From IMG/VR virus record IMGVR_UViG_3300025127_008281, positions 2,997-66,996 of that record: 64,000 bases of DNA; one strand, 5' to 3'. Within the stretch, counting starts at the first letter, position 1; each line of letters starts with the position of its first letter. Origin of the DNA: a virus. The notes under the pieces were generated by a model. The model was not told the DNA's origin. It did no database searches and was given only the letters and a program-made list of their open reading frames with translations. Positions 19,317 through 29,504 of this stretch are shown here, piece by piece. A program made the translations under genes and the position numbers.

Positions 19317-19523
19317 TTAGATCGCATTTGGAATCTGCTCACAGGTGAAGTCAGATTTTTCTATTTGATATCCGTACACAGAGAAAGATTCAAGTATTCT
19401 GCTATGTTTCGCCGAAGCATTTGCCATGCATTCGCTTTTGTTATTATAATATTTTATAGGGTCTTCCTGCATTACCACACATGGGTTTCCTAGAGTACAC
19501 ACCACTATAATTACTTTCCACAT
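19317..19523 (-). CDS. Small hypothetical protein
   Basis: MWKVIIVVC start, four Cys. Confidence 0.65.
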   Translation of the reverse strand: MWKVIIVVCTLGNPCVVMQEDPIKYYNNKSECMANASAKHSRILESFSVYGYQIEKSDFTCEQIPNAI

Positions 19524-19527
19524 TTGC

Positions 19528-19824
19528 TTACCTCGTTTTTTTCTTTCCTAATAAATCTCTTACAGTTTCTTTGCATGAATTGTGCCAGTACACACCTGAC
19601 TCACGCAGTAATTCATTGTTTTTTCTTAGTTTTTCCATTATGCGTTCAATTCTTTTAAACTTTGCCTCTGTTAGTCTTTTATCAATTGCCTTCTCACAAA
19701 TAGTCAGTATTTGGTCAATGTCAGGACACGTGATATCAGGAACTTTAGGTGCCTTCTTTCGTATATTAGACCAATAATTGGTTCTTTTTTGTGCCCATTT
19801 AAACATTGACTTACCCCTTGACAT
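19528..19824 (-). CDS. Hypothetical protein
   Basis: APKVPDITCPDID...LRESG.YW; TAAATA upstream. Confidence 0.7.
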   Translation of the reverse strand: MSRGKSMFKWAQKRTNYWSNIRKKAPKVPDITCPDIDQILTICEKAIDKRLTEAKFKRIERIMEKLRKNNELLRESGVYWHNSCKETVRDLLGKKKTR

Positions 19825-19889
19825 TAATATTTAATATCATTGAGTAGAGCCAGTTATGCTACTATAAGTTATGTGCTATGTGATTTGGA

Positions 19890-20057
19890 CTACTTTATTC
19901 CGTGTCTTTTCTCGTGATCTCTATGGCCTTTGTGACGGCCCATATAGTACTCACCAGGCTCGTAGTCCCAGACCTTGCCGTGATGTCCACGCCAGTCTGC
20001 CCAGGCCATTCTCAGTTTTACGATTAATCTGACTAACGGGTTGTGACTAATTCTCAT
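19890..20057 (-). CDS. Small His-rich protein (55 aa, not in ORF track)
   Basis: MRISHNPLVRLIVKLRMAWADWRGHHGKVWDYEPGEYYMGRHKGHRDHEKRHGIK; TAATG overlap. Confidence 0.65.
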   Translation of the reverse strand: MRISHNPLVRLIVKLRMAWADWRGHHGKVWDYEPGEYYMGRHKGHRDHEKRHGIK

Positions 20058-20260
20058 TATCTTCCTAGCTTTTTCTTTCTACCTAATGGTAATAGTTGGT
20101 CTTTGACGTAGACCTCCCCATTCTTCGTCGTCCACTCAATAGTTACCATCTTGGCCTTAGAACTGCCCTGAAATGACTTCACGGCCTTCTTGAAAGAAAG
20201 AGCTTCAACCTCTTTGGTCTCTGTCCCGTCATTAAATTTGAAAATTCTATTTTTTGGCAT
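20057..20260 (-). CDS. Small basic hypothetical protein
   Basis: MPKNRIFKF...SFKKAVKSFQ...LPLGRKK; the 5' extension in the ORF track is antisense to tmRNA. Confidence 0.7.
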   Translation of the reverse strand: MPKNRIFKFNDGTETKEVEALSFKKAVKSFQGSSKAKMVTIEWTTKNGEVYVKDQLLPLGRKKKLGR

Positions 20261-20314
20261 ATATTTTAATTTAGCACAAGATTGACAAAAGGTCAAGTCT
20301 ATGCTTAAATATGA

Positions 20315-20612
20315 CGCAGACGTTGATACATTTGGAATAAACGTTGCGGACGTCGGGGCAGTACCGACCACCTCCACCAATTTATTACTTGGTGGCTTAT
20401 GTAATCCCTTCCGGGGGTGAACTAGGATCGACGGGCGTGTAAAGAAATGTGGAGTTTGTCCAGTTGGAACGAGGTAACGGCCAGTTTTTAAATGCAAACA
20501 AAAGAGCATTAGGATTTGCTGACCTAACGGTTGGTATATCCGGATTGAGATTAGCGGCGTAATAACCAATGATCTCAGGGGCGGCCCCTGCCTTGCAACA
20601 GAAGTGGGGCAT
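20315..20612 (+). ncRNA. ssrA: Two-piece (circularly permuted) tmRNA
   Basis: T-arm GTCGGGGCAGTACCGAC and CACCTCC-A-CCA (ends 20379) precede GGGGGTGAACTAGGATCGAC (starts 20413); G3:U70 pair; tag ORF 20494-20562 ANKRALGFADLTVGISGLRLAA*; outer ends approximate. Confidence 0.93.
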
Positions 20613-20622
20613 ATAACTAAAT

Positions 20623-21867
20623 TTAACTGATAGTGCTGTTTGATTCGTTTTGATCTAATTCGAGCGACACTATTTCTCTGTCTCTCTCATCGAGATTATT
20701 AAGCAGTCTACGACTTTGGTTTATGATACTGCCTCTTGTGCTGAGGCCCAGTTGTTCACAGCATTTGGTGATAATACTTTCAACAAACAAAAAATCAAAA
20801 CCTTTTGTGTCGATCCTGTCATCCTTTTTGGCTTTTCCAGCCACCGCATCCAAGTCGGTGTGATCTAAAACATCGGGCAGGCCCCTACTGGCCAAAACTG
20901 CATCGATGACGCTTGACTTATCAGAGTCAGACTCCGTTGTATATATTGGATTAAGTTGTTCTTGATTGGCTTCATAGTCATTGAAATAATTTTGCCAATT
21001 TTCATTTTGAGCCACCCTCGCCATTAATTGTCTAAGAGCGGGATCCTCTGCCAGGGCGGTGAATGCCTGGTTGTCTGCTAAATCTTCAGTAAAAGTTCTC
21101 AAGTTTGATATGTTTGAACTTTCAAGATTCTTTTGTGTTACTATACTCTCCCTATTATTGACAAGTTGTGTTCTCTTTGTGAGGTAAGGTTCGGATGCCA
21201 GGGCATTATTAAAATTTGTCTGTGCTGTGGCTAAAGTTGTGGCTCTGTTATCCAAACTGGTTTGAAAATCTGTTGAGTCACCCGTCAATCCAACCACAAA
21301 GTTTTTAAGGTCATCTATGGCTGATTGATATGTGGTATCTGTGGCCAAGCCAGCATTATTGATAAATGTTATTGCCTCTTGTAGACTTATGAAAACAGGT
21401 TGACTGCTATCTTCTGTATCTAAGAATATATTATTGAGAGACCCTAGGTGATCATTTACAGATCTGTTTTTCTCACCAGGTGTTACTCCAAGCAATTCTG
21501 GAATCAAAGATTGCACACTTTGTACAAGCTGTAGAATCTCCAAGAAAGAACCTTGTCCTTGATCTTCCGGGGTGCCAGTGATGTCTGGGTTCCCTGGGAT
21601 AATAGAACCGTCAAGTATAGTGTTGGTGTGCCTGACCAATTCTCCTAGATATCTACCAATGTTTAAGTGTGGTACATTATCTATGTCATCTCTAAGATCG
21701 TTTTTTTGTGAACTCGTTAATACAGTGCTATCTTCAATGGCAGTATCTAGTTGGATTGACTTTGCCACCCAACCTATTTTTAAATTATTAATTGCATTCT
21801 CTAAACCTTGATTAGAAAAATTTGGAGTAGACTCCGATAGTGATTTGAGTCCTTTATTGACAGCCAT
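20623..21867 (-). CDS. Putative virion/baseplate-associated protein
   Basis: Acidic helical 414-aa ORF coupled to the PAAR gene. Confidence 0.5.
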   Translation of the reverse strand: MAVNKGLKSLSESTPNFSNQGLENAINNLKIGWVAKSIQLDTAIEDSTVLTSSQKNDLRDDIDNVPHLNIGRYLGELVRHTNTILDGSIIPGNPDITGTPEDQGQGSFLEILQLVQSVQSLIPELLGVTPGEKNRSVNDHLGSLNNIFLDTEDSSQPVFISLQEAITFINNAGLATDTTYQSAIDDLKNFVVGLTGDSTDFQTSLDNRATTLATAQTNFNNALASEPYLTKRTQLVNNRESIVTQKNLESSNISNLRTFTEDLADNQAFTALAEDPALRQLMARVAQNENWQNYFNDYEANQEQLNPIYTTESDSDKSSVIDAVLASRGLPDVLDHTDLDAVAGKAKKDDRIDTKGFDFLFVESIITKCCEQLGLSTRGSIINQSRRLLNNLDERDREIVSLELDQNESNSTIS

Positions 21868-22196
21868 TACAATCTACCACCGCCACCGTTGGCAAATACA
21901 TTTCGTGATCCACGTAACATCTTACCAAAATCAGCACTATCGCCTTCTCTTGCAACTGGCTTGTTCCTGATAAAGACATTCGGTGATCCTCTTTTGACTT
22001 TCGCCGCATGAGGCACACAACAAAAGGTGGGGCCACATTTCCTTAGTATGGTGTGTGGCAACAGCCTGTCCCCTGGCCTCAATATGGCTATTCCATTGGC
22101 AAACACTTGGAACTGCGATGCTTTCACACCAATTGCCCTCGTGCAGGCATGACCTGTCAAGGCTTTATCGATTATATTTCTTGATATACCTGGCAT
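21867..22196 (-). CDS. PAAR-domain spike tip protein (T4 gp5.4-like)
   Basis: TGHAC, VFANG, GD.LLPH, GSPNVF...PVAREGD, GSRNVFAN. Confidence 0.88.
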   Translation of the reverse strand: MPGISRNIIDKALTGHACTRAIGVKASQFQVFANGIAILRPGDRLLPHTILRKCGPTFCCVPHAAKVKRGSPNVFIRNKPVAREGDSADFGKMLRGSRNVFANGGGGRL

Positions 22197-22223
22197 ACGA
22201 TTATTTATAGAAGCTAAAAACAG

Positions 22224-23477
22224 CTATGATTTCTTATCACGCAGATGTATGGCCTCTGGTATCAATCGTGGCTTTTCAAGCCAACCTACCACAGGTGCCA
22301 GTATTAGGAAGTATGCAAACCAGTAGCCTGTCCCGATCCTACCCAAAAGTATCCAAAGCCCTTCGGCCGGCATGGCACCAACATACATCAGTAAGAAGAA
22401 GTCTCCTACTAGGAACCAAGTGAATTGTTTCCAGATTGGCCGATATATAGAAGATTTAATTTTCGATGTATCCAGCCATGGTAAAAGTCCCATCACTCCG
22501 ATTGCGGACACCATAGCTATCACTCCCCCAAGTTTATCTGGGATAGCTCTTAGGACAGCGTACCAAGGAAGGAAGTACCATTCAGGAACTATGTGAGCTG
22601 GTGTGACCAACGGATTGGCTTCGATGTAGTTGTCTGGATGACCTAGTATGTTTGGAAAGTTAAACAAGAAAAACATGAAAATCAAAATAAAAACTAAAAA
22701 TGCGTAGAGATCTTTAACGGTAACATAAGGATGGAACGATACGGTATCTCTTGTATCCTTTGGCTCTACACCGGTTGGATTATTCGATCCTGTCATGTGT
22801 AAAGCAATTACATGGAATACTACGACCGCCACAATGATGAATGCGATTAACCAGTGTAACACAAAAGCCCTGTTTAAGAAAGCGTCGCCAACTGCGTAGT
22901 CGCCCCATAGTAAAGTCACAATAGAATCTCCCACAAGGGGTATGGCACTAAACAGACTGGTTATTACGGTTGCTCCCCAGTAACTCATCTGCCCCCATGG
23001 TAGAACATATCCTAGGAAAGCAGTGGCCATCATTAGGAAGTAGATTATTATTCCAAATATCCACATCAGCTGTCTTGGTTCTTTGTATGAGCCAAAGTAT
23101 AGTCCGCGGAACATATGAATGTACACTGCAATGAAAAAGAATGAGGCCAGGTTCATGTGGGCGTACCTCAACAGCCAACCTCCATTTACATCTCGCATTA
23201 TCTTTTCAACGCTATCGAATGCTTCGGCCACACTTGGTTTGTAGTGCATACCTAATACCAATCCTGTGGCTATGAGTCCTAACAAACAAAATGTAAGTAT
23301 GGCTCCGAAACTCCAAAAATAGTTTAGATTTTTTGGCACCTGGAAGTCAAGATATTCATGCTTGAACATTCTAAAGATGGGTAGTCGATTGTCCAACCAA
23401 CCTAAGGCCCCTGTGAAAGGAGAAGTGTTGTCTTTTACCTTATTGGTATGAACAGGTTTGTAATCCTTATTATCCAT
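22224..23477 (-). CDS. petB: Cytochrome b of the bc1 complex
   Basis: Four heme His positions, GYVLPWGQMSYWGATVIT, TPAHIVPEWYFL. Confidence 0.97.
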   Translation of the reverse strand: MDNKDYKPVHTNKVKDNTSPFTGALGWLDNRLPIFRMFKHEYLDFQVPKNLNYFWSFGAILTFCLLGLIATGLVLGMHYKPSVAEAFDSVEKIMRDVNGGWLLRYAHMNLASFFFIAVYIHMFRGLYFGSYKEPRQLMWIFGIIIYFLMMATAFLGYVLPWGQMSYWGATVITSLFSAIPLVGDSIVTLLWGDYAVGDAFLNRAFVLHWLIAFIIVAVVVFHVIALHMTGSNNPTGVEPKDTRDTVSFHPYVTVKDLYAFLVFILIFMFFLFNFPNILGHPDNYIEANPLVTPAHIVPEWYFLPWYAVLRAIPDKLGGVIAMVSAIGVMGLLPWLDTSKIKSSIYRPIWKQFTWFLVGDFFLLMYVGAMPAEGLWILLGRIGTGYWFAYFLILAPVVGWLEKPRLIPEAIHLRDKKS

Positions 23478-23490
23478 ATTTTAAATATTT

Positions 23491-24591
23491 TTAAAGTTTA
23501 AATTTACTGAATTGGCCTTTTTTGACATCTTGTTTGATGCCACCAACAATGTACGACTCTACTTCTGTCTCCTGTGGAGCCACCTGCATACCTTTGCTAG
23601 ACAGCCAGTGCTGTGTCCATGGAAGTGGATTTTGTGATGCTGGTACGTCATACAATGGATCAAAGCCCAATGCTCTTAATCGTTTGTTCGCCGTCCATTC
23701 AACATATGAACCTAGCAATCTTTCGTTGAGTCCGATTATTGATCCATCTTTGAACAAATGTTTTGCCCATGCTTTTTCTTCTTCAACACAATCTTTGAAC
23801 ATTTGTATGACAGTTTTTTCAGTTCCTTTTATTGCTTTTGTCATCTCGGGATCATCACCTTTGTACCATGCTTTCAACACATGTGTTGATAAATTAAGAT
23901 GAGTTGCCTCGTCTCTTGCAATTAAAGAAAGAATTTTTGCAGAACCTTCCATAAGTTTTAGTTCACCAAATGCAAATGTACAAGCAAATGAAATGTAAAA
24001 ACGCAAACCTTCTAGTAAATTTACTGTCATCATCGCAAGATACAATTGCCTTTTCAAATCTATTATCTCGCCTTTGCCCTTTACAAAATAGTCTTCTGCC
24101 ATCTTACCAAACTTGTCATACTCGCCTGTGACCGATTTTGCTCTTTTCAATATTTCTTTATCATTCAAAATTGTGTCAAACACTTCACTTGGATCAGGGT
24201 AAACATTCTTCATGATATGTGTGTAGGAACGTGAATGTATTGCTTCAAAAAAATCCCAAGTTACAATGCAACCTTCAAGTTCTGGATTTGAAACATATGG
24301 CAAGAACATAAGGCTCGGTCCTCTGCCTTGCACACTGTCCAACAGTGTTTGATATTTTAAGTTAGATGTGAATATGTGTTTTTGCTCTGGTCTGAAAGTT
24401 TGAAAGTCTGCTCTATCTTTTTGTAAAGACACCTCTTCCGGTCTCCAAAAGTAACCTATCATTGTTTGATTCAGCTTGTCAAATTGAGGATATTTGAAAG
24501 TGTCATATCTTTGCACACCACCATCTTCACCAAAAAACATTGGTTGTTTAGTGAAATCGATATCCTTCTGGTTAAAAACAGTCTTACTCAT
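23491..24591 (-). CDS. nrdB: Ribonucleotide reductase class Ia beta subunit
   Basis: FWRPEEV, EAIHSRSY, LEGLRFY.SFACTF, RDEATH, QVAPQETE. Confidence 0.97.
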   Translation of the reverse strand: MSKTVFNQKDIDFTKQPMFFGEDGGVQRYDTFKYPQFDKLNQTMIGYFWRPEEVSLQKDRADFQTFRPEQKHIFTSNLKYQTLLDSVQGRGPSLMFLPYVSNPELEGCIVTWDFFEAIHSRSYTHIMKNVYPDPSEVFDTILNDKEILKRAKSVTGEYDKFGKMAEDYFVKGKGEIIDLKRQLYLAMMTVNLLEGLRFYISFACTFAFGELKLMEGSAKILSLIARDEATHLNLSTHVLKAWYKGDDPEMTKAIKGTEKTVIQMFKDCVEEEKAWAKHLFKDGSIIGLNERLLGSYVEWTANKRLRALGFDPLYDVPASQNPLPWTQHWLSSKGMQVAPQETEVESYIVGGIKQDVKKGQFSKFKL

Positions 24592-24606
24592 AATTTATAA
24601 TTTTTG

Positions 24607-27036
24607 TTAAATTGTACAGGCTTCACACTCACCTTCTTCGCCCGCGGTTGTACTTATCTTCTGAGATCCATTTACCCCATTTACGTATGTTGGATTTTCA
24701 GGCTCTAGTATCACGTCCTCTCCTTCATCCTCTTGGGCAGTGCTTATGCCAGCCGGTTGAAGATCTTCTTCTTCTCCTTTGAAGTCATAAGTGTTTTGGT
24801 AATAAGATGTTTTCCAACCAAACTTGTAAGTTGTTAACATATCTTGTGCCATTTCTGATAATGGTACCTCATTGTTTTCAAATTTTAATGGGTTATAACT
24901 CCAATTTCCTGATATTGCTTGATCGAAATATTTCTGCATCATGGCAACTACATTAATATAACCTTCGTTGCTAGGCATGTCCCAAAGCAGTGTGTAATCA
25001 TTCTTTAATTTAGGAAAGCCTGGAACTATCTGTTTTAGTGGCCCTTTTTTGGATTTTTTAATCGAAAGCAGTGCTCTTGGAGGTTCTATGCCATTTGTTT
25101 CGTTGCTGACAACCGAAGAACTTTCAGACGGCATTTGTGCTGATAATGTTGAATGTCTTAATCCATTTTTGGCAATATCTTTCCTTAGACTCTCCCATGC
25201 CATTCTTTGTTTGTGTGGCACTATTTCGTCTATCTCTTTTTTGTAATGATCGATAGGTAATTGTCCATCAGCATATTTTGTTCTATCAAACATTTCACAT
25301 TTGCCTTTTTCTTCAGCAAGATTACAACTTGCTCTCAACAAATTGTATTGGAACGCTTCGGATAATCTATCAACTAACTCCCAGGCCTTTGGATCTGAAT
25401 ACTTAACACCGTTCTTGGCAAGATAATGTGCAAGTCCGATATAACCTATTCCTAAACTCCTTCTTTTCTTTGTGCTTACCTCAGCCGCCTTCACAGGATA
25501 ATCTTGATAATCTATGATTTGATCCAGTGCTCTCACACTGAGGTCACATAAATTTTCCAACTCGTTCAAATCTTTTAGGCCACCCACGTTTATTGCCGAC
25601 AAAATACATAGTGCTATTTCACCGTTGTCGTCGTCTATGTGCTGTATGGGTGTTGTTGGCAATGTGATCTCTTGGCAAAGGTTTGACATTGACACTTTGT
25701 CTTTGAATGAACTATGAGAATTCGCGTGGTCTATATTCATGATATAGATACGACCAGTTTCAGCTCTTTCTTTAAGCAAATCAAAAAACAAGTCTTGTGC
25801 TGGCACAGTTTTTTTTGGAATTGTTTTGTCTTGCTCGTATTTTAAATACAAGTCATCAAACTCTTCTGTGCCAAATGCTTCGTATAATCCTGGTGCCATG
25901 TGTGGAGATATCAAGCTGATATCTTCTTCGTTCATAAATCTTTCATAAAACAGTTTTGATATTTGTACAGAATAATCCATCCGTCTCACTCTGTTGTCCT
26001 CTGTGCCTTTGTTGTTTTTTAGAACCAGTATGTCTTCGATCTCAGGATGCCATATAGGAAAGTGTACGGTTGCATTTCCACCACGCACACCATTCTGTGT
26101 ACAACATCTCACAGTTGATTCGAATTTTTTAAGGAACGGAATGACTCCTGTGTGTTGGACCTCCCCTCCCCTTATTTTAGAATTTATACCTCTGATACGG
26201 CCTGCGTTTATTCCTATGCCTGCTCTTCTGGCAACATACAAACCTATTGCCATATCACTTGAAAAGATACTTGGCAAAGTGTCATCGCTGTCTACAAGAA
26301 CGCAAGAAGCAAATTGTCTTATGGGTGTTCTTACTCCTGCCATAACCGGCGTTGGAATATTAATTTTGTGTTGTGAGATTGCATCGTAGTATTTTTTTAC
26401 ATAAGACATTCTTGATTTTGTTGGATAGTCTGCAAACAAAGTTGCCGCAATCATCATGTACATGTCCTGCGGAGTTTCATACAACTGTCCTGTGCTTCTG
26501 TCCTGCACAAGATATTTGTCTACAATTTGCCTCAATCCTGCATATGTGAAATTCAAGTCTCTATCTCTTCTTATCCATGTGTTGAATCTTTTTATATCAC
26601 TGGTTGTGTACTTGTCCACTATCCCTTTGTCATACACACCCAGACGGATATTTCTTAAAACTAATTTTAATAATGGAATGTATTCATATTGACCGTGTGC
26701 TTCTTTTCTGACATCATATGACAAAAGTCTTGCCGCGGCATATTGATAATTTGGAGCTTCTAAACTTATTAAATCATTTGCAGATCTTACTAAAACATTT
26801 TGGATGTCCTTAGTCGTCATGCCATCATAGAACTGAATGTTGGCATTCATCTCGATCTGAGACGAAGACACGCCGGAGAGTCCTTCGCAGGCCTCTTCGA
26901 CTACGAAATGAATTTTATTAATATCTAGGGGTTCTAGCCTGCCATCTCTTTTTTGAACTTTGATTGTACTAGAGTTGGTGTTCGGCATTATTACTTTTTT
27001 ATTTTTTGTTTTGATTGTCTTTGTTTGTGTATCCAT
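24607..27036 (-). CDS. nrdA: Ribonucleotide reductase class Ia alpha subunit with ATP cone
   Basis: VQKRDG ATP cone, QFASCV, SNLCQE, MPSESSS, KTSYY, C-terminal CEAC. Confidence 0.97.
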   Translation of the reverse strand: MDTQTKTIKTKNKKVIMPNTNSSTIKVQKRDGRLEPLDINKIHFVVEEACEGLSGVSSSQIEMNANIQFYDGMTTKDIQNVLVRSANDLISLEAPNYQYAAARLLSYDVRKEAHGQYEYIPLLKLVLRNIRLGVYDKGIVDKYTTSDIKRFNTWIRRDRDLNFTYAGLRQIVDKYLVQDRSTGQLYETPQDMYMMIAATLFADYPTKSRMSYVKKYYDAISQHKINIPTPVMAGVRTPIRQFASCVLVDSDDTLPSIFSSDMAIGLYVARRAGIGINAGRIRGINSKIRGGEVQHTGVIPFLKKFESTVRCCTQNGVRGGNATVHFPIWHPEIEDILVLKNNKGTEDNRVRRMDYSVQISKLFYERFMNEEDISLISPHMAPGLYEAFGTEEFDDLYLKYEQDKTIPKKTVPAQDLFFDLLKERAETGRIYIMNIDHANSHSSFKDKVSMSNLCQEITLPTTPIQHIDDDNGEIALCILSAINVGGLKDLNELENLCDLSVRALDQIIDYQDYPVKAAEVSTKKRRSLGIGYIGLAHYLAKNGVKYSDPKAWELVDRLSEAFQYNLLRASCNLAEEKGKCEMFDRTKYADGQLPIDHYKKEIDEIVPHKQRMAWESLRKDIAKNGLRHSTLSAQMPSESSSVVSNETNGIEPPRALLSIKKSKKGPLKQIVPGFPKLKNDYTLLWDMPSNEGYINVVAMMQKYFDQAISGNWSYNPLKFENNEVPLSEMAQDMLTTYKFGWKTSYYQNTYDFKGEEEDLQPAGISTAQEDEGEDVILEPENPTYVNGVNGSQKISTTAGEEGECEACTI

Positions 27037-27174
27037 ATTTATCTAAAAGTTAGTTTATTAAGTTTTTCCAAAATTTTTTCACCTGTCATAATAGCAAAAC
27101 TAGGTTGTCGTTTTGCGTTTTTATTTTATGCTAATATTACGATAAAAAAGTTTTTTTGTCTACGGATTTAATTA

Positions 27175-27864
27175 TCACAACCTGTGATTTAAGTAGTCTA
27201 TTAGATATTTTTCCAATCCTAAATATTGCTTATGATCATGATGATGCATGAAAGGATCTAAATTTCTTTGTTTTGACTCTGGTAAATTATCAAACATGTG
27301 CCTGTTGCCACAAAAACTAAACAAATCAATTATGTTTTTATTGGACTCGATAATTTTTAATTTATCAAAACCTTTATAATTATTAATATGCTTCTTTTGA
27401 AAATTGTTGCACATATCCCAACACAGATATTTTATGTTGTTCAACTCTAAAAATGATGTAAGCCCTATCAAATTTGTAAACATTCTATCCCAATAGGTTC
27501 TAATATTTGGGATGATTCCATAATAATTTTCAATCAAACTTTTTATTTTATCGTGTGACACAGATTGATCAACAGAATCATAGTCTATATATTCGGGATT
27601 TTGCATTGGAAACCAAGTGCCATCAATATTAACATCTTTTTTAGCAATAGATAATTCCCAACGGGTAGATAAAGTAATAGGAATAAGCACGAACCTGGGT
27701 TTTGGATTATTTGAAATGTACTCGATTGTGGTTCTTATAGTTCTATCAAAACTTGTTCCTTGCCTTCCTAAATTTACCGCCTTATCACAATGTAATTTTT
27801 TAATAAAATCTATAGATGGTTTCCATATCTCCGCAAAACTGCATCCGTTAATCAGTAATGTCAT
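27175..27864 (-). CDS. SGNH-like hypothetical protein
   Basis: INGCSF start, VNLGRQG.S, C-terminal His. Confidence 0.5.
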   Translation of the reverse strand: MTLLINGCSFAEIWKPSIDFIKKLHCDKAVNLGRQGTSFDRTIRTTIEYISNNPKPRFVLIPITLSTRWELSIAKKDVNIDGTWFPMQNPEYIDYDSVDQSVSHDKIKSLIENYYGIIPNIRTYWDRMFTNLIGLTSFLELNNIKYLCWDMCNNFQKKHINNYKGFDKLKIIESNKNIIDLFSFCGNRHMFDNLPESKQRNLDPFMHHHDHKQYLGLEKYLIDYLNHRL

Positions 27865-27873
27865 GTAAAATAA

Positions 27874-29493
27874 TTATACTAAAATTTCTACTTGATATTC
27901 CATCGTGACGTCTGTGGATGAGTCAGATGTTGTCGTGTATTGAACACGGATTGTGTCGTTCCCAGCAGTTGAGTCACCGTCCGATGTCTTGGCTGATAGT
28001 ATAACACCAACATCAGATGTTTCTTCGAAGTCATCGTTGTGTGTGCATAGCTCACCCGCCGCACTGATGGTGAATACACCTGTTCTATACTTGGCGCCCC
28101 TGTTCATCTTGTAGGTTATTCTTACTCCCTTATCAGTAAATCCAGGAAGATATATTCCGGTATCGGTGGCCGACGATGTGTTGTCTGATAAAGTAATTTG
28201 TCTAACCGCTTTTCTGTGTAAACCTATGCCTTGAACCTCTGGCGGGGTGTTTGATGGATCTGTCGAGTCACCAAAATTAGTATCCCTTTGATCTGTCCTT
28301 TCAAAGAAATCTAGTATGGAAGTACACTCGTCATTGTCAAATTGTAATACCGGTACTTCATTTATACTATTCACGCCTTCAAAATTATTACCAACCGTTT
28401 CCGAATACCAGTTTCCATAGCTGATAACATTCCTTGTTTGACTGCCCGTGGTTGTGCTTGTTTGTTTAACATAAATGGCTTGTTGTCCTATTGTTGACCA
28501 GCTGTTGCCATTGAAATGAATATCTCTTGGCCCTATGGTCAAACCATTTGTTGATCCGTCGACTGATTCACCAAATATGGCTCCATAGAATGCCTCAGTA
28601 AAGTCACAATTTGTAAACCTTACGTTTGTTACATCAAAACTGAAATCCACAAGCCTTGCAAATTTTGTAAATTGGCATTGATTAAAAATAATTTTTGAAC
28701 ATGGAAGTGCGGTAGTCGACCTTACAGTTACTCCTTTTGAATTCGAATTATCATCACCACCTGAAGTATAAGATCCTTGAAACTTACAATTATTAAAATA
28801 CATGTTTGTTGCATTATCGATACTGATTCCTCCGTAGGCGACTGTGTTCTTGAATGTTATTCCAGTGATATGTATTTGTGTAGGTGTTGTTGCCGAAGCT
28901 GAACCAATAGAACCATAAACGTTTCCGTCATCGTCTTCCGTCACCGCAACTGCGTTGGTGGCTCCAGAATTGCTTATAATTGTTTTGTCTGGCCCTTCTC
29001 CAACTATATGTGCAAAAGGAGGAATTGTAAGTGCGGATGTGATCTTGTACACGCCGGCAGGAAAAAACAATGTTCTTCTTGCTCTTGTATCATCTTGATC
29101 TGTGTCGGAATATAATTCGTCTATCGCTCTTTGTATTGCTGAAGTGTCATCTGTTGAATTGTCGCCTTTTGCATCAAAGGCCTTGACAGATACTTTATCA
29201 TCTAAAACTTGTTGTAATGTTCTACTAACATCGCCGGATGCGCCTGTGACAATCGGAGTTGAATCTCCTAGGTATCCTTTGTAAGTGTAGGATAGTGCAG
29301 TTGTAAATCCTGAACTGCCAGATGTTACAATCTCTGTGTTTCCCACCGCTGGCGCACCGTCCGCCACGGTACCATTTCCTATAAAAAGTCTTTGCTCGTC
29401 AATTACCCAGCCTAACTCACCTGCGGCCAATTGCGGCAGATCCGTGCGTTTTCCACGTCTGTGCTGTATTCTTGATATCTGTACTATCGGCAT
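27874..29493 (-). CDS. Tail fibre/spike-like protein with beta-helix (pectate lyase 3-like) domain
   Basis: RIQHRRG...LAAGELGW...RLFIGNG head; SVKAFDAKGD..TDDT.AIQRAI, FFPAGVY. Confidence 0.8.
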   Translation of the reverse strand: MPIVQISRIQHRRGKRTDLPQLAAGELGWVIDEQRLFIGNGTVADGAPAVGNTEIVTSGSSGFTTALSYTYKGYLGDSTPIVTGASGDVSRTLQQVLDDKVSVKAFDAKGDNSTDDTSAIQRAIDELYSDTDQDDTRARRTLFFPAGVYKITSALTIPPFAHIVGEGPDKTIISNSGATNAVAVTEDDDGNVYGSIGSASATTPTQIHITGITFKNTVAYGGISIDNATNMYFNNCKFQGSYTSGGDDNSNSKGVTVRSTTALPCSKIIFNQCQFTKFARLVDFSFDVTNVRFTNCDFTEAFYGAIFGESVDGSTNGLTIGPRDIHFNGNSWSTIGQQAIYVKQTSTTTGSQTRNVISYGNWYSETVGNNFEGVNSINEVPVLQFDNDECTSILDFFERTDQRDTNFGDSTDPSNTPPEVQGIGLHRKAVRQITLSDNTSSATDTGIYLPGFTDKGVRITYKMNRGAKYRTGVFTISAAGELCTHNDDFEETSDVGVILSAKTSDGDSTAGNDTIRVQYTTTSDSSTDVTMEYQVEILV

Positions 29494-29504
29494 GATGCAG
29501 TTAT

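Noticed and set aside
20340-20379. Possible tRNA (T-arm and CCA end)
   Set aside because: No anticodon arm; it is the tRNA-like domain of the permuted tmRNA.
20261-20612. Minus-strand ORFs 20057..20569 (5' part) and 20397..20612
   Set aside because: Antisense to tmRNA; only 20057..20260 looks like a real gene.
23491-27036. Introns or inteins in nrdA/nrdB
   Set aside because: Both frames are continuous and of normal length.
27037-27175. NrdR boxes upstream of phage nrdA
   Set aside because: Looked for specifically; no convincing match by eye.
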